Made by a program: the position numbers and the translations under genes. From Felis catus (lineage: Eukaryota): a stretch of DNA of 64,000 nt. The notes below the pieces were generated by a model. The model saw only the letters and a list, made by a program, of their open reading frames with translations, had not been told where the DNA came from and did no database searches. The DNA lies in NCBI RefSeq assembly GCF_018350175.1, contig NC_058373.1, positions 116,252,001-116,316,000 of the forward strand, written 5' to 3'. Numbering within the stretch: position 1 is the first letter of the stretch; every line of letters starts with the position of its first letter. Positions 55,799-64,000 of the stretch are shown here, piece by piece.

Positions 55799-55962
55799 AC
55801 TAAGATCTTGATGCCAGTAATTTTTATTACTTGAATGCCATTGCTTTTAGGTCCTCTCTGGATAAAGCTAGGAAATATATTTATGTATATACATATGTGC
55901 ATGCATACATGTATACACACATCTTATATCTTAGTTATGTGTGTATTAAAAATAATAACTTC

Positions 55963-56195
55963 AGGGACATCTGGTTGGCTCATTGGTTAAGTGTCCGACT
56001 TCAGCTCTGGTCATGACCTCACGGTTCGTGAGTTTGAGGCTCACATTGGACTCTGTGCTGACAGCTCGGAGCCTGGAGCCTGCTTTGGATTCTGTGTCTC
56101 ATCTCTCTCGATCCTCCCCTGCTCACACTCTGTCTCTCTGTCTCTCAAAATACATAAACATTAAAAAAATAAATAAATACTATTAAATTAAAAAA
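55963..56195 (+). mobile_element. Can-SINE
   Basis: Head, CT body, A tail. Confidence 0.88.
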
Positions 56196-56374
56196 TAATA
56201 ATAAGTTTGTACTGATACCTCGAATTTCAGCCCAGCATCACAGGGTTCATTTGATTCTTCTTCCTTCCCATGTTTGTAATTCCCTTCTGCCACAGTCAGA
56301 AACTTGGCTTCCATATGGATGCATTTTGAATCCTTAGAATATAAGCCATCACAGGTCTCACTAGCTGGTTGTGA

Positions 56375-56734
<360 letters not shown>

Positions 56735-56893
56735 TGAATGAAAAAAATTAATGATGAACACGTATTATACTAATTCTTTTGTTCTTGAAACAGATGCAAT
56801 GGAAGGTTTTCTTTGGATTCTGTATTGCAGGTTACTATTATATGAAAATGGTTGAAATAACTTTAAAAGCTGTTCTTTGCCATTGAAAAATTA

Positions 56894-57027
56894 GGGGTGC
56901 CTCAGTGGCTCACTTGGTTAAGGGTCTGACTCTTGATTTCAGCTCAAGTCATGACCTCCTGGTTCATGGGTTCGAGCCCTGTGTTAGCTTCTGCACTGAC
57001 AGTGTACAATGCAGAGCCTGCTCGGGG

Positions 57028-57090
<63 letters not shown>

Positions 57091-57110
57091 CAAACATTTA
57101 AAGAAAAAAA
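56894..57110 (+). mobile_element. Can-SINE with (CT)n microsatellite (~57032-57086)
   Basis: ggggtgcctcagtggctcac head; long CT run. Confidence 0.9.
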
Positions 57111-57118
57111 TTATTTAA

Positions 57119-57454
<336 letters not shown>

Positions 57455-58624
57455 TAAACTGAACATTAAAATACTTTTCCAGTTTTTATTTTAGAATTTC
57501 AATTAGAAAGAAAAAAGGCATTTATTTGATAAAGACTGAGCAGGAATGAATTTGTAGATAGAAAAAAGTAAAGTCTGCCACTTTATTGAAAGATCCAGGA
57601 ATAGCGGAGTTACTCTGTAAGAAGTGATGGCGTTCTATTGTCAAAAACTAGAAGTTGTAGTGAGTTTAGGTAGAATCTGTATAGATGTATGAAATATTTA
57701 AAAGTTATCTATCCCAAATGGATTGACCCCTGACACATGCCAATGTATTTGGATTTTGAACTAGTGTATATATTTGGTATGTCTCTGAATATGGTTTCAG
57801 AGCTTTATTATTTCTTTAGAATGGGAACATCAAAACCAGCTGCTTTTAGTAAAAGTATTTAACTAGATAAGATTTTTAGAAGTATCTGTTTTTAGAGTAG
57901 AATATGTGGCTGTGAACTGATATACTTAGAAATTTATTCCCCTCTTACATTTGTATTTTATTTTGAAAATGAGAAAGACCATGCCAGTATTACTCTGAAA
58001 TAGGTAATGGTTTGCAGAACTTGAAAATAATTTTATTGGCAGACACTGTGGTTAAAATACATTGTTATTTATTTTAACCATTTAAAATTTTACTTGAAAG
58101 ATGACTGGACAACTAGGGAAAACATATTGAAAGGGTAAGAAATTACTGTAACTTTTATGGTCCATTTCTCTTCAGACTTCTTTATGTTGATAAAATGTTG
58201 TTGTGGCTTAAATTTTAAATAGAAACTAAGCATTTCCTATGTTGATGTGTATCTAGGGCATTTTTTAAGTTTTCGAAAAATTTTTGAAGGAGTGTGAATT
58301 TCAGCAGAACTTAATGGGTGGAAGACAGTTTCAGTATTTAGGGTATGGAGAGGGCTTCGAGTAGGTAATTTATAGTAGTCATTATATGGTCGGTTACAAA
58401 CTTGTGCAAGGTGTTAGTTTTTTAAATATCTCCTAAGGAAAAGTTTTTCCTGTAGGTGTTTTAAAAATGTTTACTATGTAAAATCACTATTAACAAAAAT
58501 CTATATTTTATCTATATTTTAAAAATAAAAGATCACTATCTTAGCCATTCCCTAGTCCTTATTATTAGTAATCCCATTGGACCTATTTTTTCCACTTGTA
58601 AGAACAGAATTTAAAAAAAAATTT

Positions 58625-59990
58625 TCAATCTTTTATTGAAGCATAGTTGTATGTTGACAGAGAATATTATATTACTTTCAGGTGCACCACACAGTGATTT
58701 AACAATTATGTACATTGAGAAATGCTCACCACCATAAACGCAGTTGCCATCTGTCACTCTACAAAGTTATTACAATTATATTGACTATATTCCCTATGTT
58801 GTACTTTTCATCCCTGTGATTTATTTATTTTCTAGCTGGAAGTTTGTCTCTTTATCCCTTTTACCTATTTTGCACATTCCCCCAATTTGGCAACCACCAG
58901 TTTGTTATGTGTTTGCGAGTCTGTTTCTGTGTTTTGTTTGTTTTGTTTTTTAGTTTCTATATGCGAGTGAAATCCTATGGTATTTGTTTTTTTTCTGTCT
59001 GACTTATTTCACTTAGGATAATATCTTGTAGACCCATCCAAGTTGTTGCAAACAGCAGTATTTCATTCTTCTTTGTGGCTGAATAATACTCCATAGTATA
59101 CATACACACATCTTCTTTATCCATTCATCTGTCAATGCACATTTAGATTGCTTCCATATCTTGACTATTGTAAAGAATGCTGCAGTAAACATAAGGGTGA
59201 ATATATCTTTTTGAATTAGTGTTTTCATTTTCTTTGCGTAAATACCCAGAAGTGGAATTACTGGATCCTATGGTATTTTTCATTCCTTAAAGGACCTCCA
59301 CACTGTTTTCCTTAGCGACTGCACCAATTTATAGCCCATCAGTAGTTGCACGAGGGTTCTCTTTTCTTCACATCCTCATTGACACTGGTTCTTTCTTTTC
59401 TTCTTGATACTAGTCACTCTGCCTGGTGTGAGGTGATACCCGATTGTGGTTTTGATTTGTATTTCCCTGATGGTTAGTGATGTTGAATGTCTTTTCATGA
59501 GTCTGTTGGCCATCTGTATATCTTCTTTGGAAAAATGTCTCTTCAGGTTCTCTGCCCACTTTTTAATTGAATTCTTTTCTTTTTTTTCTCCCATTTTGTG
59601 CTCTGTTGTATAAGTTCCTCATATATTTTGGATAATGACCCTTTATCGAATATGTCCTTTGCAGATATCTTCTCCCAGTCAGTAGGTTGTCTTTTTGTTT
59701 TGTTGTTAGTTTCCTGCACTCTGCAAAAGCTTTTTTAGTTTAATGTAGTCCCAGTTGTTTATTTTTGCTTCTGTTATTTTTGTTTGAGGAGACAGAGCCA
59801 AAAAATATTGCTAACACTGATGTCCAAGAGACTACTGTCTATGTTTTCTTTTATAGTTTGAAGGTTTCGTGTCTTAACATTTAGGTCTTTAATCCATTTT
59901 GAGCTTATTTCTGTGTATGGTGTGAGAAAGTGGTGCAGTTTCATTCTTTTCACTTAGTTCAGTTTTCCCAGCACCACTTATTGAGGAGGT
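58625..59990 (-). mobile_element. L1 (L1MA/L1_Carn-like) 3' fragment
   Basis: Minus-strand ORFs 59013-59228 and 59376-59594 resemble L1 ORF2 C-terminus ([21 protein letters not shown]). Confidence 0.9.
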
Positions 59991-60473
59991 GGATCTGTTT
60001 GTTGTTGTTGTTGTTAGTTAGTTAGTAATTAGTCATATCTGTACTTTTTTGTGAGAATTAACACATGAGAATATAAATTTACTTCTTTGGGTAATGCGCA
60101 TTCTGTTTACAGAGACTAATAGTTTTAGTGAATACCTAATATATCACCAGTTCCTTTTTAGGCCTCTGCAAGCTTCATTTTCCCATACTTGTATAAATAA
60201 TAAGGTACACTCTTGAAGCATAATATAGGTGCAATTTCTTCTGCCATGTGTAAATTTTCATTACTTACAAGGTGAATATATTTTGTCTTGTATCAAAAAT
60301 TGTGGATAGTACATCTTTGTCGTTTCAAAATCTCTGGAAAGGATAGGATGACATAACTGAATTTTTAAAAGTGAAATGAGTAGATATTTCATTGTAGTTA
60401 ACATTATACCATTTTAAATATTTTTCAGTGACCTTTTCAGATGTGTTTTCCATAAATGTTTATAAAATACTAA

Positions 60474-60734
<261 letters not shown>

Positions 60735-60811
60735 TGAATATTATTCTCATTTTCATTTACTTTGAATTCAAAAGCAGTTTCATAGTTACCCATTATTAAA
60801 AGTAAATCTTT

Positions 60812-61018
60812 TGGGGGCGCCTAAGTGGCTCAGTCATTTGAATATCTGACTTCAGCTCATATCATGATCTCATGGATCATGAGTTCAAGCCCTGCATCAG
60901 ACTCACTGCTGTCTGCGCAGAGTCTACTTCAGAGCCTCTGTCCCCCTCTCTCTCTGCCCCTCGCCAACTCATGCTTTCTCTCTCAAAAATGAATAAACAT
61001 TTATTAAAAAAAAAAAAA
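60812..61018 (+). mobile_element. Can-SINE
   Basis: gggggcgcctaagtggctcag head; agtaaatc TSD. Confidence 0.9.
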
Positions 61019-61275
61019 GAGTAAATCCTTTTCCACACGGTAATTATAGGTCAAAATTCAAAACATTATTAGAACTAGGTTGGTCTGGGGTAGAGGTGGG
61101 CATGGTAATAACAAAATCCAAAATGTAACTACTGTTCATATCAAGTTTTCTTAAAATGTGTAAGCACAAGCACGAGGACTGCAATTTAACATAATTCCAG
61201 TAAAAATTTATGCAGCGAAATTTAATGTCATTACTGGTTTAGAAGGATCTGGATGAGCCTTAATTAGCTCCATCA

Positions 61276-61490
61276 GGGGCACCTGGGTGGCTCAGTCAGT
61301 TGCGCATTGGACTCTTGATTTCAGCTCAGGTCATGATCTCATGGTTTGTGAGATCCAGCCCCGCATCAGGTTCAGCATTGACACTGAGGAGCCTACTTGG
61401 GATTCTCTCTCTCTCTCCCTCTCTTTCTGCTGTTGCCTTGCTTGTGTACTCATGCTCTTTCTCTCTCTCTCAAAATAAATAAAATTAAAT
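61276..61490 (+). mobile_element. Can-SINE
   Basis: ggggcacctgggtggctcag head. Confidence 0.9.
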
Positions 61491-61550
61491 GAAGATTATC
61501 ACCAAGTTGTAAACATAAAAAATTTAAATTTCTTGTAAACAACTCTTAAA

Positions 61551-61743
61551 ATTTTTTTTAAAGTTTATTTATTTTGAGGTGGGGGGAGGGGCAGTGAGGG
61601 AGGGGGAGAGAGAGAATCCCAAGCAGGCTCCGCACTGTCAGCACAGAGCCCAATGTGGGGCTCAAATCCACGAACTGTGAGATCATGACCTGAGCTGAAA
61701 TCAAGAGTCTGATGCTTAACCGACTGAGCCACCCAGGTGCCCC
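61551..61743 (-). mobile_element. Can-SINE
   Basis: Antisense body; atttcttgta(a/c)acaact TSD. Confidence 0.9.
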
Positions 61744-61869
61744 AGATTTCTTGTACACAACTTGTAACCCATGGCATTATTATTATCTTTTTATAATTAA
61801 TGCAAGATAATCAGAGAATGATAGGGTTGCAAGGACTAAGAAAAGTGCCTCATGGTATCCTTTCTTGCA

Positions 61870-63700
61870 TCATTTATTCATTTGCATTTAGGGAGTATTT
61901 ACCGTGTGCCCAGTACTGTGCTAAACACCATTTCCTGCTTTTAAGTTGCTTATATGTTAGCTATGATTAATGAGTCAGCCAGCACTTTGAGTAGAGGATG
62001 AGGAAGGCTATGAAAACAGAGTGGTACAGGTACAGAAGTTAAGATACTACCTTATTCAGTCAAAAGGGATTAAAGATAATTTTCCAAAGACAGACAAATA
62101 GAAATTAGCTAATAATTTGACAGACAAATAGAAATTTGTTAGTTGAGACAAGGGATGAAGAGCCATGGAGTTGTAAAGAAAGTGTGTTAGGTACAGGAAA
62201 CAGCAAATAATTTGGAATTGCTGGAGGTTTGGGTACATGCGGAAAGATGGCTTTCGGTAAGGCTGGAAAGGAAAGCAATGGCTGCATTATGAAATATCTT
62301 TTATCCTGAACATTTTGGGGTGGAAATGAAAGGCCATCCGAATATTCAAGGTAAGGTAAAGAAATCATCAGTGTTGCATTTCAGAGAGATTACTTGGTCT
62401 CTGGTGTGAAGGAGATTGAAATATAAGCAGGAAGGATCAGAAGTGGGTCAGTTGTGTTGCAATCTTGAAATTAAGAGGGACCTAACTAAAATTGGATTTA
62501 GTGAATATATTTAGGGACTCTGTGGATAATGAGAAAAAAGAAGAGGGTCCAGTATGACTTCTGGGTAGGGTCTGGCTTGAACAAATGGTTAGATAGAGAT
62601 ACTTGTGCCTAAGATTACAAATCTTTGAGTTTAGCAAGGAAGGTGGTTGTTTACGTATATGGACACATTTATTTGTTGATATTTATGGGGTATCTAGAGA
62701 TGCATAGTAGGAAGTGATATGTAGAGAGGTTTGAGGTAATGGTTAAAAGATTTAGAATTCATTAAAGTGTAAATAAAAGACTGCTAACCTGGATTGATAC
62801 GAGGAAATGGATGCAAATAGAACCCTGGAAAATGCCGGTATTTAAGTGATGGATAGAACAGAATTCCACAAAGGACACTTCAGAGGCAATATTGTCTGAA
62901 AAAAAGCTTTTATTGCATTTGGCAGTTAATAGGTGATGGGTGACTTCAATAAAACAGCTTCTTTGGTGTTTTGGCTGAGGAAGCTAGATTAATACAAGCT
63001 TGAGTTTGCAAAATATTAAGGATTAAGGTAAGATACTTTTTTAAAAGCTTAAAAAAAATTTTTTTTTTCGAGAGAGAATGCGTACACACGTGAGCTGGGG
63101 AGGGGCAAAGAGAGAATCCCAAGCAGGCTTCCTGCTTTCAGCACAGAGCCCAAAGTGAGGCTCGATCCCACAGACTGAAATCAATGAAGTGAGCTGAAAT
63201 CAAGAGTTGGATACTCAGCCGACTGAGCTACCCAGGTGCCCTGTAACATACTCTTTCTAAAATACAGTTGGGAAATTTTTACATAGTGAAGGTTGTTTCC
63301 AAGTTTTTGTATTTATTTATTTATATATATTAATGTTTATTTTTGAGGGACAGACAGAGCACAAGCATGGGGAGGGGCAGAGAGAGAAGGAGACACAGAA
63401 TCCAAAGCAGGCTCCAGGCTCTGAGCTGTCAGCACAGAGCCTGATGCAGGGCTCCAACCCACCGGCTGTGAGATCATGACCTGAGCCAAAGTCGGATGCT
63501 TAACTGACTGAGACACCCAGGCACCCCTCAAGTTTTTATTTTTTAGGAAGATCTGAGACTTGATTACATTTATAAGGAGAGAGGGAAAACCCAGTAGAGA
63601 GGGAAATACTTGATGGGGCTAATCCCAGGAAGCAATTAGAGACAAGGAAATCCAAATGCAAGCTTCTCCCAGGTGTACTGCCTGTAAACCATCCTGGTGT
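61870..63700 (-). mobile_element. Degenerate L2, interrupted by two antisense SINEs (63050-63242 and 63304-63527)
   Basis: catttattcattt..taccgtgtgcccagtactgtgctaa L2 tail; two SINE heads. Confidence 0.6.
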
Positions 63701-64000
63701 AAAGGTTTTAGATCTGTGCTTTGAGTCCTGTTTTGGAAACTGAGTTGTTATTTAGAAGTTGCAGTCACAGCAGTGCGATAACTTTTCTAGCCCAGTGCAC
63801 AAAGGGCTGTTTAACTATAATTATCTAGCAATTAGAAAACTGCAAACCAGAACCTTGTATCCTAAAGGCAGGCAGGAAGATAAATTATTTTCCTTCGTTA
63901 TTGGATGTGGTGTTTCCATTAGACATTTTACTTTTATGTGTCACCCATTACAATAAACCTGCAGACTTAAAACAGAGTTTTAGGTGCTAATATGGAATGA

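Larger units (their letters stand above)
54040..56330 (-). mobile_element. Old L1 (L1MC/ME-like) 3' region, interrupted by MER20 and two SINEs
   Basis: gaaaagttgtaag...aagaattcc, cctctaaatact, aaatcaggacattaaacattgata motifs. Confidence 0.6.

Noticed and set aside
62089..62136. Direct repeat GACAGACAAATAGAAATT at 30-bp spacing
   Set aside because: Simple local tandem duplication in decayed L2; only two copies

Overview
Eukaryotic, mammalian genomic DNA, most likely a felid given the abundant SINEC_Fc-type Can-SINEs. The whole window lies inside one plus-strand gene, PCNX1 (pecanex 1). Twelve internal coding exons with canonical AG/GT boundaries were mapped by hand: 959-1048, 8650-10359, 20753-20885, 26412-26596, 39698-39788, 41525-41582, 43689-43906, 50509-50662, 53244-53276, 56420-56591, 57285-57395 and 60496-60587. 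They total 3047 nt, their phases chain correctly into one open frame, and they are probably exons 5-16 by homology with the human gene (numbering from memory). They encode the long Ser-rich, low-complexity region and the start of the multi-pass transmembrane region. The introns hold about 30 Can-SINEs, L1, L2 and MIR fragments, hAT-Charlie MITEs (MER3, MER20, MER58A), LTR remnants and simple repeats. Most ORFs in the supplied track outside these exons are repeat-derived or chance ORFs. No prokaryote-type system is present. The most notable observations are: (i) a ~125-bp, ~94%-identical inverted duplication just downstream of exon 5; (ii) a possible hidden alternative-splicing hub in introns 6-8, with candidate in-frame 51-, 24-, 42- and 12-nt cassette exons, candidate poison exons, an RBFOX motif cluster, a NAGNAG acceptor and a recursive-type AG|GTAAGT site at exon 9; (iii) exon 11 with tandem acceptors and flanking inverted SINEs (circRNA-prone); (iv) a CTCF motif carried by an LTR-like insertion; (v) several clear retrotransposition footprints. 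Repeat boundaries are approximate, and family names come from recalled consensus similarity rather than a search.
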